Below, piece by piece: positions 23,601 through 35,933 of a stretch of DNA of 64,000 bases. The position numbers and the translations under genes were made by a program. The first letter of the stretch is position 1, and every line of letters starts with the position of its first letter. The stretch comes from Spirogloea muscicola (taxonomy: Eukaryota), in contig WELB01000016.1 in assembly GCA_009602725.1 (NCBI GenBank), forward strand, positions 635,084-699,083. The letters run 5' to 3'. Under the pieces are notes generated by a model. The model worked only from the letters and a program-made list of their open reading frames with translations. It had not been told where the DNA came from and did no database searches.

Positions 23601-26600
23601 ACTTATGAGAAGCTTGGCGTCAGTAGAGCCAGGACAGCTGTTACTTCTCTGTGATAGATCGTGATATATTAGTCATGATGTAGTCATGTTCTCGTGATTA
23701 GCATGCTAGCAAATACGACAACAGTCAACTGCGGATGCAAAGTGGCTGCTCTATCGTATAAGCACTTACTGTCCCATATTTTTATAGGGAAGTGCCCTTG
23801 TGTCCGTGGCTAATGACGAGCTTCACTGCATGCACTATGGATGTAGCCAATTCTGAATTGCCTCTGCTCTAACGTATACATGGACTAGGGGGTTCAAGTA
23901 TCAATTGAATCTACTCTTTATAGTGCATCCCAGGCCTTTTTGTGAGCTTTTTTCAACTGACAAGCGCAGATTCTAAAGCTGACAAGGTGGGTGGAGGAGA
24001 AGAAGATGATGGTCGATGGCCTCTACACCGTCTCCAGCTTGAAGGCTGCAGGCTTCCCAGAGGCAGACCAGCTCCTGCGAGACTCTTGTTTGTGCGGCCT
24101 GGCAGTTGTGGCAATCTCTGAAGACGACCTTGCGCTCTGGTTCCGCAGACGTGAGAACAGCCACTTGGTGCTAGCCGCGTGTTTCTCAGAAGCTGATGGG
24201 AAGCAGATTGTGCAGGAGCTTGCATGGGTACATATTGCGTAAACTAGGCTGCTCATGCTCTTGCTGTTTAACAGTGAGCTTAGTTGAGCTGAGCAGGAAG
24301 CTCCATTGGAGGTGTGGCAGGAATGGATGTTGTGAAGGACTGGGCATGGACACATCCAGCAGCCGCAGGTTCGCCGCTCATCCAAGCTGAGGCGTACCAG
24401 TCCTCAGAGGCGTCATCAGATGTCTGGACTGCAGCTGAGGTGGGTGGCTGCGGCTCAACTTGAGCCGTATGCTGTCTGAGTTGCTGCTACATGACACTGT
24501 GAAGGAACCGCTGCTACGTAACATTGTGAAGGAAGTCAGGGTCTATCAATGTCATGGTTGACTTGGAGCCACATTACTACATTGGTCTTGAAGTATTGCA
24601 TTTGGCTAACTTTCAGAAGCTGTAAGCCATGAGCCAATATGAGGTATAAGCCAAGCAAGTTTCAAAGTATGCCACAATATTTGATTGCAGAAGTTGGGAC
24701 TTAGCTAAGCAATAGTTGCTGAGATGCAACAATGTCTTATCTACTCTGTAGCTCTATCCAGAGTAGATACTTGACTAGCTCAGTCTGCATTTCTTGGGTG
24801 CTTAGGTGAATTGCCTCAAAGGTCTACGGAAGATGGCTGATGATGCTCTTAAGGGCAATAGTGAGCCCATCAAAACCATGATGCTGGTAAGGCTAGAGGT
24901 GGAAGAGCTTGCCCATACACAACTATGCTGACGCCCAGGGTGAGATGATTTGTAATATGATGGGCGTCTTTAGATGTCTGCTTGTAAGGTACGAGATAGG
25001 ATGTAATCCTTTACATGTCCTTGCACAGTGCTCCTGTTAATAGACATTTGGCTGTTGTGTTTGACCATCTTTGGTCTACCTGCTTAGATCTCAAATGCAC
25101 GTTGTCGGCACTTTTACTCTCATTCTGAAAGCAGCTGTACGTCGTGCTTCCACAGGTTCGACTGAACGAAGAGAGGCTGAAAGCTATGCAGGACTTGGCC
25201 ATCGTGGCAAGAGATCTGACGCACATGATGGAGATTGCCAAGACTCCAATCCTCAGCATTAACGAGCACATGGTCCTTGTAGAGTGGAACCAGAGGCTGG
25301 CGCAACTCACCGGCAAACCAAAAGTTAGTCTGCCATAGCTTTGTCTGTAAACCGGCCTTGCATCTCTAGAGACTTGTGACAACAAGTGGACTGTCAACAT
25401 TGCTTAGTAGCGCTTGGTTTACAACAAGCTGCTGCTCAATTTGCCCGCCAAGATAGATACACTCACAAGCCAACAGCATAGAGCTGATTCCAGCATTGAA
25501 GTATGCTGTCTTGCAACATGAATTTGGTTCTCAAGAGTCACTGTTGAGCTGTTCTGTGTGCAGGCTAGGGTGGTGGGATGCCATTTGGCCGATGTATTGG
25601 TACCGGACTGTGTAGAGTCTGTCATTGCAGTAGTAGAGAAAGTGCTGCAAGGAAACAACCAGGACCACTTGGAGATAAATCTGAAGAGGGTGCCAACCAA
25701 TGGTACCTTGCAGAAGGGTCTTGCTGGTGCTAGTGGCAAAGATACAAGCCTGTCTATGCTGGAGTTGCAGGAGGACCTGCTAATACTCATGGTTAACATG
25801 GTTCCTCAGTGGGACTCTGCGAACAAGGTCATTGGTGTCAGCATCATTGGCCAGGTTACCATCTGCCTCCACCTTACTCCTCCTCTGTATAAGGGGATGA
25901 TGGGGTGACGAGCTCCTTAGCCATCCCATCTTTGGCCTTAATTAGTATCCCTGCACCTTCACATTATTGCATGTCTCGGATATCTGAGAAGGCCTGTTCT
26001 CACCCGGCAGGATGTCACTGAGCAAAAGCTGATGATGAGAAAGGCAGCTCTTCTTGATGGAGGAGTCAAAGGCGGTGAGGGAGAAGCAGAGAAACTTTCA
26101 TACAAGAAGATCATTGACAAGGCCACCTTGCCGATCTGGGGAGTCGACCGAGAGGGCGTCATCGTCGAGTGGAACAGTGCCATGGCAAAGACGTCTGGTA
26201 AGACTGGATGTTTTGTAGATAGTGTCCTGCATTTGTGCATACAGAAGAGGCAGAGCACCATCAGCATGTTGGTCATAGGTTCTCTATGAGGTGGTCTGGT
26301 ACACCGTTATATATGCTGGCACTCTGCTAATGTGTTGCCAGGTACATGGTATGTACCTGGCACTGAGCTCTAGGGCAGGGTGCCCTTCACTTGCTGCGAT
26401 GCAGCTCGGGTGCATGCTCTACCAAGCTCATGTATTCATCAGCTTCTTACAGCTCCTTATATGGCACAGGCATATCAAAGGAGCAGGCCCTTGGGAAGCA
26501 GCTTATGGGGGATCTTGTGGGGTCCGAGAAGGTCCTGATGGTACCAGACAAGGAGATGCTGCTGTCCTTGGATTTTGCCTTGCAGCGGGCTTTGGCCGGG

Positions 26601-29600
26601 CACGAGACACCTCTCACTCACCTCAAGTTTGTCAACGATGAGGGTCGGCACATCGAGAGCCTGGTTAACATGACCACACGGCGGGACGAAGCAGGGAATG
26701 CCGTCGGTGTCCTATGCTTCATGCAGGACGTGAGCATGCGCAAGGCGGTGGAGAAGGCCAACGCTGTGAGGCTGGCTGCAGAGGCGGCTGCCGATGCCAA
26801 GTCGCGTCACCTTGCGTTCCTCTGCCACGAGATCCGCAACCCGCTGAACGGCATCTTGGGCAATATCACCTTCATGGAGGATACGACGCTCACGGAGGAG
26901 CAGCGGGAGCTCGTGGAGACGACAGCCACCTGCGGTCACCAGCTGGTCAGCTCTCCAGAACCCCAAATTTACTCATGCTAATTGGGCCTACGTTTGACCA
27001 TGTTACTGAATGTCCTCAAAGATTCATGTGGTCGCTTTGGAGATTTACTTATCCTTATGATGGTCAACAATGTCATACCAGCGTCATGTCTTATTTTAAT
27101 CAGGTCTACAGGTCAGTTCAAGCAGCAGAAAGAGTTGTATATTTGCAACTAAGCTGCAGACTTGTATGGGAAGGTGATTTTTGCTTGTGCAGAGGAAGAT
27201 TGTGGAGGATGTGCTGGACATAAGTAAGATCGAGGAGGGCAAGACACAGCTTGAGTTGAAAGAGCTCAAGCTACAGAAGATTCTGAATGCTATTATTAGC
27301 CAGGTACGTGTAGTACATGAATTGTATGAGGAATTCCTTTGCTTATCCTTGCATTGACTCGCATATGCAGCAAAACCTGCACCTAGAAGGGACCAAGGAT
27401 CACAAAGTGATGCAGCAGTTTGCACTTCCTTGGCAGCTGTCACTGGCTGTGGGCTCACCTATGTGGCGTTGTGCAGGTTGCGATTGCAGCGACCAAGAAG
27501 GGCTTGCAGCTCTTCAGCACAGTGGAGCCGAGGTGCCTGCATTGGCGGCCTCTCGGGGACGCCCCGAGGCTGCAGCAGGTGCTGTCCAACTTTGCGTGGA
27601 ACACGATCAAGTTCACGCACACTGGGTATGTGGACATCCGCATCGCCATGCAGGAGCCAAGCGCCCCCGATAGCCGCGGCCGGACGTTTGCCAAGTTCTT
27701 GTTCAAGGTCACAGACAGCGGGGAGGGCATCTCGGAGCCGTTGAGGCGACGGCTGTTTGAGGAGTACTCGACGGGCAACAAGACGAGCACGAGCCAGTAC
27801 GGCGGCACCGGCCTCGGCCTGAGCATTGTGAAGCAGCTGGCGTACCTGATGGGCGGCGAGGTCAAGTGCCAGAGCCAGCCGGGCAAGGGCTCCACGTTCT
27901 CGCTGGACGTGGACCTGCAGGTGCTGCCGGCCGGCACCAAGGAGCCCTCGCCCTTCTCGCACCTGCTGGACGAGCCGACGGCCAGCGACTCGCTCGAGAA
28001 CAGCAGCATTGAGGACGAGGAGTTTGCATTCCCACTGCCGAGCAAGGCGGATAATGAGCAGGGGGCAGGCGAGCCGCCGTCCATGCCCAGTGACGCGCCC
28101 AGCTTGCAAGCCGGCAAAGCGCAGCCGGCTAGCGAGGAGGACGAGGACAGTGGACCTGACCAGATAAGGACGGCGCAGCAGCAAGAACCCGCAGCCGTGT
28201 CCCCAAGTCCAGCTTTGGCCGGCCTTCTGGAAGCCAAGCAGCACCTCGGCCGCCGCCGGTCCTTGAATGCCATGATGCTCGACGTCCTCCTGGGCCCCGA
28301 GGCCGGGAGGCCGGAGCCGGCGGCGCACCACCGCGCTCCGCCGCCGTTCTTCAGCAAGCAGCCGGCCAGCGTGGTGCCAGTGCTGGGCGCGTGGCAGCAG
28401 GCCGGCCGCCTCGGCAGCTCGCCGCCCCAGGCAGTGGACCAGCCACCACCTGCGAGCTCGGCCGACAACCGCCAGGTGCCGCCCCAGCCGCCGGCTGCTG
28501 CGCAGCCAGCCGAGCGGCCTGCGGAGCCGCCGATGTCTCATCACCAGCCGAGGCCGCTCGACGCCGAACCCCCGCCGTCACCTTGGCGCAAGCTTGAGCT
28601 GGCGGCTAAGCCTCAGCCTGCGAGAGCCATGGCACAGAATGTCGGCGCAAGCGTCCCCCCCCCGGAGCTGGACCAGGTGGTGCAGCGGCTGGCCCTGGCG
28701 TACGGCGACTCGTGGAGCGTCCGGGTGGTGCGTGAGATTGTGAAGCCAGGCGAGGCGGCAGTGCTCGCAGAGATCACGGTCGGCGCTGCAGCCCGCCAGC
28801 AGTGGGGGACGGCCAAGGAGGCGGCGGCGGCGGCAGCGGCGTCGTCGGGCCAGGGCGGCGGCGACAGCGGCGCTGCACTCCTGCCGGCGGCGACGGCGCG
28901 GGCCCTGGCGAACGCTGCGCTGCTGTTCCTCCCCTCTGGCGGGCTGCTGGCTGCCGAGGCCGTGCACCAGCCAGCTGCAGTGTCGTCTCACTGGAGATCG
29001 GTCGCAGCGCAGGAGATGGCCGAGTCCGGGGCAGCAGCCGTGCAGGGCCGCGAAGCGCAAGCTTCGTCGACGCACGTGTCTCCTGTCAGACGGGCATTCG
29101 GTCGCTCTGGCTCTTCGCCGGCGCTCGCCGTGTACAACATTCCCGACTTGGCGCAGCCCAGTACTCCGATTGCAAGGCTGAGTCCTCGCGCTCCAGTGGA
29201 GAGGACGGCATCGCAGCAAGGTGCTAGTGAGCGGGAGCCCGCCAGCTCCCGGCAGCCGCTGGACGTAGGCGCTGTGGTGGGTGCGTCTCTGCATCACTCA
29301 GGGCCGGCGCACGCGGCGTTGCTGACAGCGGCGGCAGCCAAGACGAGCTCTGGCGGTCAGCTTGCCGCCGACGTTGGCCTGAGGCCGCTAGCAGCGAAGC
29401 TCAGCACACAGGGTCCCATGCTGGCCACAGCAGACGCCGTGCTGGACGCTCCTCCGATGACGTCTGGGCTCGGGCAACTAGCGCCGCCGCTGGCAAGGTC
29501 GAGCTCTGGAGGGTCCTCCGTCTTCTTCCCGGCACCGCGTCTGCCGTCGTCGTCCCCGCCACCTCAGAGGCCCCAGCTCATCCGCAAGCTGCCATACGAT

Positions 29601-31064
29601 ATGTCCGTCCTGCCGTCTGTTCCTCCTTCATCCTGCGCGTCGCCTAGGCACGCTGCTGGCACCAATGCTGGAAGTGAGTCAGGGATTAGCAGCGCGTCGA
29701 CCATTGCACAGTCCCCTGGTTCAGGTCCTTCCGGAACACGTGGCTTGAAGGTACGATAGCCTTCCGCTTTGCCTTCTCAATGTTTTGTTGTAGATTGACA
29801 TCATTCATGGCATGCCCTGGCATGTGTCAGCATTTTGTTCAACCGTGGCACCTTTGCCCTCCTATACTGGTAAATTCTCTCCATTTAAAGAGACGGGTCA
29901 ATACTGTTATTGATTGAGTGTTAGCTTGCCTATGCCAGGCAGTCAATGTTGGCGCGTGTAGTGAAGTGGTCATGTAGACGAGGATTTGGACATGCCTCAT
30001 GATAGCTTTGCACGTGACTTTGTGATCCTATGCAGGCCTTGGTCATTGACGATGAACCTGTCAATGTCATGGTTGTCAAGCGGGCACTGTACAAGTACAA
30101 TCTTGACCCACCTCAACAGGGCAATGGCTCTTAAGTAGGGTAGATGCTTTTGGCTTTGAGATAGCTGCTTCTTTAGAAATACTGGGCTGCTGCAGTGCAT
30201 AGTCCTCGATTTATGACATACTCTTGCTGGTTGTTGAAGTCTGTGTGACAGTTGCAATTAGTGCACTGAGAAGTCGTTGGCTGTGTTCTTCTTACAGAGC
30301 CAACTTTGAGGTGGAGACAGGGGCAGATGGGACTGACGTGATCTGGAGGGTTATTGAGCTAGGAGAGAAGTTTGACGCTCTCCTCCTTGATGAGAGGTGA
30401 ATACTGATGTACTTAGTGTGAATGCTTCTCTCGCTATAGACTCTGTGTCCAGGCCACCTGGGCCGCACCGTGACTGTCTTCAGTCAGCAACATGTGTGTT
30501 CAAACGTATCTCATATGAAGCAAAGATTTGCCACGTTGTAGTGACGTTTCCTGCCAACTGTGAAGGTTGAAAGTCATGAATGGCTCTGAAGCTTGCCAGC
30601 TGGTTCGACGACACGAAGTTGATTGCAACCTGCCAGAGGTGCCCATCATTGGCATCTCCGCAAATGTGGAGGGGGCTGACCTAGTAATGTCATCAACTCA
30701 GCCCGACAACTATGGGGGTCGTGCATTTGGCTGATGTTATGAGCATGGCGCCAAGATATGTCACGGTCTCATGAGGAAATTACTCAATGTCAAGCTTGTA
30801 CTTGCTTGGGACAAGAAGGCCCTGCAAATGGCTTTCTGCCTCTTCTTGTGCTGACTATGGCATTGTCACTTGCAGAAAAAGTACGCCATGTCGGGTTACT
30901 CGGCTGTCATGGGGAAGCCAATCAATGTGCGGACAGCTGGCGAACGGCTTCGCAAATACTTGATGACATACAAATCGCCCTCACCTGAAAGACGAGCTGA
31001 ACTGAAGCAAGGAGACATTTTGAAGGCTAAGAAACAATTGGATGGTTTTGTTGTGTTCGTATAG
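20610..31064 (+). CDS. Phytochrome-related hybrid histidine kinase (PAS2-GAF-PHY-PAS-PAS-HisKA-HATPase-long linker-REC) lacking chromophore-binding residues; 24 coding exons modelled
   Basis: Phase-consistent GT-AG exons: 20610-20696, 20936-21040, 21238-21313, 21503-21577, 21774-21913, 22064-22135, 22392-22466, 22673-22802, 22896-23077, 23276-23500, 23970-24150, 24321-24439, 24806-24886, 25156-25323, 25564-25854, 26011-26197, 26470-26945, 27193-27303, 27477-29750, 30036-30094, 30298-30396, 30566-30683, 30876-31064 (23), plus a possible upstream exon at 19860-19964. Motifs: VQGHGGLLVVD, AGYDRV, KLWGIVVCHH, LWFRR, EWN (twice), FLCHEIRNPLNGILG, LSNFAWNTIKFT, DSGEGI, GGTGLGL; receiver IDDE/LLDE/ISAN/GKP. 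Confidence 0.88.
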
Positions 31065-31319
31065 CAAGGCTGATGACTAGTCGATTAGCTCTTGGCCATG
31101 TTCACTCCTGCAGATATGGAAAGCTCAGGTGTGCGTTGTGTTGTAATTTAGTATATTGATTATTAAGGAAAGAGGCATTTCTTCCTGTATCTCCTTGCAA
31201 ACTTGGCTGGGCTGGCCTCCCACAGCCGTCGCCTTCTAATGGAAGCGACTCTCTCTCGTGCAACCTTGATCAAGCAAGATACAAGGTGTATTAGGCACTG
31301 AAGATGGTTGTTCAGAATG

Positions 31320-31526
31320 CCCCTCATGTATTTAGCAATTAAGAGTACGAAGGACTTGATCAAGTCATCCAGGCCCAAGCTCTGGGCATTATGAGCCAAA
31401 GAAAGAGCCCACAGCCATGACATCATTTGACGTACATGCTGTAAGTTTTCCTGGTCAATCCTGAAATTTCCATGGGTCACAGCATCATCGTATGTGGAGC
31501 AGAATGACATCATCTGTGTCAACAAT
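31320..31526 (-). pseudogene. Possible divergent SKP1-like exon remnant
   Basis: After the acceptor cctcag: LLTQMMSFCSTYDD...LWALSLAHNAQSLGLDDLIKSFVLLIAKYMRG, loosely paralleling SKP1 IL.KVIEYC...LILAANYL.I..LLDL....VA.MIKG; by-eye similarity only. Confidence 0.35.
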
Positions 31527-31929
31527 CTGAGGCATAGAAGAAATCTCGTTTATGCCGGCCCGCGGACTATGGCCCCCACCCTCCGTGCACCCCTCCTCGG
31601 TAGCGGCAGCAGCCCACGGGCCTCCTGAGCCCCGGCCCTGCACCTACCGAAAATTTAAGTTGGTATTTGTATTCAACCTCGAAGCAGCTAGCTTAGCAGT
31701 CTGCTTGACAAGAAGCGACATCATTCATACTGAAGAAGTATATTGCTGACTTACTGACTTACTAACTATCGAGCACACAAATCAGAAGAGAGATCTCAGG
31801 AGGTTTCAACCAGTGCGGCTTATTGCAAAACATCACCGGATGTACGTTGAGAAAGAACCATGCACAACACCTGCAGTGTCCATTGCAATTATCAGCAGTC
31901 ACAGAGAGTCGTTTCGTGTTTCGTTCACC

Positions 31930-32064
31930 TGCTAGCCCTTCCATGCCGCTGCTCGCAGCAAGGTGGCGAAACACGCAGACCACACCCGGCTGGGGACGAG
32001 TTCGTACCCCTGGCCGTGGATGTGCACGGGGCTCTCAGGTCCGAGTGGCTCGACGTGCTAGCCA
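31930..32064 (+). mobile_element. CRE-like endonuclease fragment interrupted by an LTR-like repeat
   Basis: HPAGDEFVPLAVDVHGALRSEWLDVLA, ending at 32064. Confidence 0.65.
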
Positions 32065-33749
32065 TGTAAAGAACCTCGCCCCTACACACGCAGTTAGGGT
32101 GAGTCGTCCTTCTTGGGTTCGGCTGGTAGGGGTTTAGGAGCGAACCCACTACACAGTGAAGCACTATCGCATAGGCGAGGTGGAAGACAGGCCCTGTGGG
32201 GCCACCGCTGGCGGTGGCGACTCCACCTCCTGGGCGCGAGCCCGCAGCTGTCCCCAAGGAGCGCAGCCACGGGCTCCCCGCAGCAAGGCCCGCGGCAGGC
32301 TGCGGCGGCGGCTGCGGCGGCAAGCAGCGGCAAGGCTGCTCCTGTCCGAACTCCCGTTGGGTCTCAGCCCAAGGCTCATCGTGCTTCTCCCGTGCCAACC
32401 CCCCTACTGGGATGCGCATGAGGTCGATGACGCGGTGCACTTGATGCGCCAGAGCAGTGGCAATCCGTCGCATGGACGTGCGACGGCCCACGCACCACAG
32501 CAATCCTCCGGTCGGGATGGTGACCAGGGAGGGCTCCGGGGAGGGGAATCTGGTGGGTCATGGCTGAGCGAGATTCCCAAATGGTTCGTGTTGATAACAC
32601 AATCGCGACGACAATAGTGCCGCTCGCTGCGACATACCTCAAAGGGGCGCACGTGAGTGGTGGGACTCCCTGGAGCAGTCATCTTCGCCCGAGGTGTTGT
32701 AACAAAGGTCAACACGAACCATTCGGACATCTCGCTCAGCCATGATTGAAGCCCTCCCCGGTCACCGGAAATTTGCCGTGGTGCGTGGGCCGTCGCACGT
32801 CCATGCAACTGAATGCTACTGCTCTGAACGCATCAAATGCACCGCAGCATCGACCTCTTGCGCATGCCGCTCTCCGGCACGCAGCCGGACGAGGTGGGTG
32901 CGCTGTTCTCATGGGTCCTCTCAAGGAAGGCACGAGGGAATGGGTCCAGGCCAGCCTTAGCTGCCTCCAGCTGCTCCTTGAGGAGATACATGCATTGCAC
33001 CTTCCCAGCCGACAGGCCCTCTTGGCCTGCCGCTCCGAGCGTGCCCCTCAGGGACTTGCCTTGCAGCAGGCGCTGCTGGCTCTGCAGCAGCCGCTGCCTC
33101 AGCAGCCAGCCGCTCTTCTTCCCGAGGAGGGCTAGGAGGCGCACTAGATGTGTGCGACTCCATGCTTTCAGAGGAACACTGAGTGATCAAGTCAGGCTCC
33201 AGCAGTCAGCATAGTAAAAAATCTATACTGCAAGACAGGACATCGCAAGACTGCTGCAGCAGCGAGCGAGCAAGCAAGGCAGCGCGCTACCCCAAACCTC
33301 CAGATGACAGGCAGGCAGACAGCCGCCCAAGACCGATGCACACAGTTAATGCTGGCCACACGACTAACCTTTACCACACAAAGGCTGCAGGCTTCCTTCC
33401 CCACCTCAAGTAGGCAATATGCGGCAGGTGGTTCTCCTCAGAGGATTAGTCTGCAAGGTTGGCGCTGGTCGCGGCTGGCGCAGGGCGCACCACAGGTGCG
33501 CCCCTGCTAAGCAGCTTCCCGGACCATCGTCTGGCACGACCCGTTATCTCAACAGAAGAAATTAAGACAGGACGTCAGGAAGATCCTTGCATCATCAGCG
33601 GCCAGTACAAGCCCAATAGATGCAAGACAGCCTCTGGTACCGAATGTGAAGAACCTCGCCCCTACGAACGCACTTAGGGTGAGTCGTCCTTGTTGGATTC
33701 GGCTGTAGGGGTTTAGGAGTGGACCCACTACACAGTGAAGCACTAGCGC
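32065..33749 (-). mobile_element. Small degenerate LTR element (TRIM-like or Gypsy gag relic) with ~105-bp direct terminal repeats
   Basis: Direct repeats 32065-32170 and 33645-33749, both TG...CA; minus-strand cggtaccagag next to the right repeat resembles a tRNA-Met PBS; gag-like ISGDRGGLQSWLSEMSEWF; no TSD or PPT found. Confidence 0.55.
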
Positions 33750-33759
33750 ATACGTACTT

Positions 33760-34850
33760 TGTTCCTTCTTTTTTGGGCTGGCTTTTCCAGCACCTATCCT
33801 CAATGGGCGAGCCCTTTCTTCCTGGGTTGTGAGCGGGTCGCCCCATGGCCTGCTTTGCGGCGGGCCAAAGATCCCCCTCGGCAGGGTGGATCTTGGCGAC
33901 GGTTATCTTAAGTTATCTTAGCATCTACTGACTAGAGATTACTGAGAGTCCACTTGCTGCTGTCTCAGTCTTTAGCACTCCGGCTCCTTCAGACCTTGTC
34001 CATTCCTTTGGGGGATAGTTTACCGGCAGCTAGTCTGTCGGATGTGAGGCTCCTCACTCGTAACTACTAAGTGGTCCATCCTCCCCCGTTCTGCCATAGC
34101 CTCTTCAGGCCCCGCAGTCGCTGCTTAGCTCGTACTTTGGCCCCTTCGAACCTTGTCAATTCTTTTCGGGCTGGCTTCTCACAGCCCTTGCCCTCATTGG
34201 GAGAGCCACTTCTTCCCTTTGGGCTGGCCTCTCTCCCAGCCACCACTTTAATCTGGCCGCGCGTGCTCAACAGAAAGCTCTATCTTAGGACGGGCGGCAC
34301 CCGCCCGCCACCTGGACGGGCCACTTGCCCGGCAAACGGCTAGCGGCCCATGTATCAGTAACAGCACCGTGTGGCCTAACCAAACGGTGGCCTAACCAAA
34401 CGGTGGGTTCGTTACAAGCCAGGCTTGCGCGGCGCGCTGGGTCCCGCAGGCGAGGGAGCAGGCTGAATTCAACGCCGCTGGCTCGTTGGCCCAGTCTACT
34501 GCATGCGCCTGTCCATCTCCCTTCAACGGTCCATGGCCCACGCCTTGCACCTGCGTGCTGGCCGTGCTCTAGCTGCAGCCTCTGGCTTTCGTTAGGGGAA
34601 TTGATTTCTGGCAGCTGCTCTGTCGAATTTTGAGGCTCCTCACTCGTAGTTGTTGAGTGGTACATCCAGCCCCAGTCCTGAGCTAGCGCTTGTGGCCCCT
34701 TCGTCTTTTGGCCCCTTCGAACCTTGTCAACTTTTCGGGCTGGCTTATCACAGCCCTTGCCCCCATCTGGTGAGCCACTCTCTTGCTTTCTTTCTTTCTT
34801 TCTTCCCATGCCTTGTTCAGCTTGGGCTGGCCTTTTACAATCACTGCCTT
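33760..34850 (+). repeat. Cluster of CRE-like 3' tail fragments
   Basis: Repeated ccttcgaaccttgtcaattcttttcgggctggcttctcacagcccttgcc units; degenerate endonuclease C-terminus at 34420-34600. Confidence 0.7.
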
Positions 34851-35933
34851 ACAATGGAAGAGCAGTTCTCCAATGCTGATGTCAACAACCATGGGACATC
34901 GACTTGACCTGCCAAAGCTTTTGTTAGGCGGCACCTTGGTCGAGCACAAGAGACATAGATGTAGGAAGGTGTCTTTGTGCTGGACAGAGGCTACTCTAGG
35001 GTTCAGGAGGATATTTGGGAATATCAGCTGGGGGATTTGCGCCTCATCGTCACTCAGCTGCATGCAAGTGAGCCTTTGGCTGTCGGTTGACATGCAGCCT
35101 GTCAAAGACTGTATACCTCGGGCAGATAGAATTGCAAGGAGTCTGACCCCATCTTTTACAAAAACTTCCTCTGTGAACGTGCTGCATTCTTTCACAAGAT
35201 CTTACTGCTTGTTGTCATGCTTCTTCTTCAGCATGCATTCCACAATTTATTATCTTAGCACGGCATTCCATGACCTTAGAAGAAGGCAAGGGGGGTTTCA
35301 AGAAGGTTGCTATCACATCGGCCCTATAGTCGCAGCTTCGCAACTCTTGCATAGACCTACGGCATAGCAAAGGACGCCTGAAAGCACCAAACAAACCGCG
35401 TCCACATGTAAAACGAATGTCGGGCTTCAGCAACAGGCTGGACTTGACACCTAACGAAAGCACTTCGCCCACGTTGCATGAAGCCATGCGCGAGCGCCCC
35501 TCGGCGAGGGAGTGGTGTGTATGACGAGCATTTGGCCAAGAAGGAGACGCAGCTCGGAAAGGCGAGGGCTGAGAAAACCAGCCCACATCGACGTCAGGAT
35601 GGACAGACGGTGGTCTCCGCTGATAGGGGCGCCTCGCCGGGCGATTCAAAACGTCGGGCGGCGCCAGGCAGCCGGGGGAGGCTCGCGCCGGGGCCTTCCA
35701 TCTGCGCGCGGGGAGTGGCGAAGCCCCCGATGTCTGGCGGAGAGGGGGTGATCCCCTCCCTGCACCTCTCTGCTACGCCTTCAGGGCAGCTCTTCGACCG
35801 GATGTCAACCTGATCGCGGGGAGGGGGGGCGGTCGGCCTCTCGCCTCTCGCCTGGTCGGCCTGGCGGTAGGGGAGACGCTCCTCCCTCCCTCCTATCACC
35901 AGCAGCCGCCTTCTTCTCCTTCCCCTACCGTGC

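Noticed and set aside
24275..24390. Apparent premature stops in the PHY domain of the kinase
   Set aside because: Using the acceptor at 24320 gives an open, phase-consistent exon ending SDVWTAAE that matches the PHY C-terminal W motif
27455..29297. Long antisense ORFs over the large kinase exon
   Set aside because: Expected shadow ORFs of GC-rich coding sequence with no domain motifs
34850..35200. Cys/His-containing minus-strand ORF as a zf-UBP-like remnant
   Set aside because: Ligand spacing is incomplete and the similarity is too weak to support
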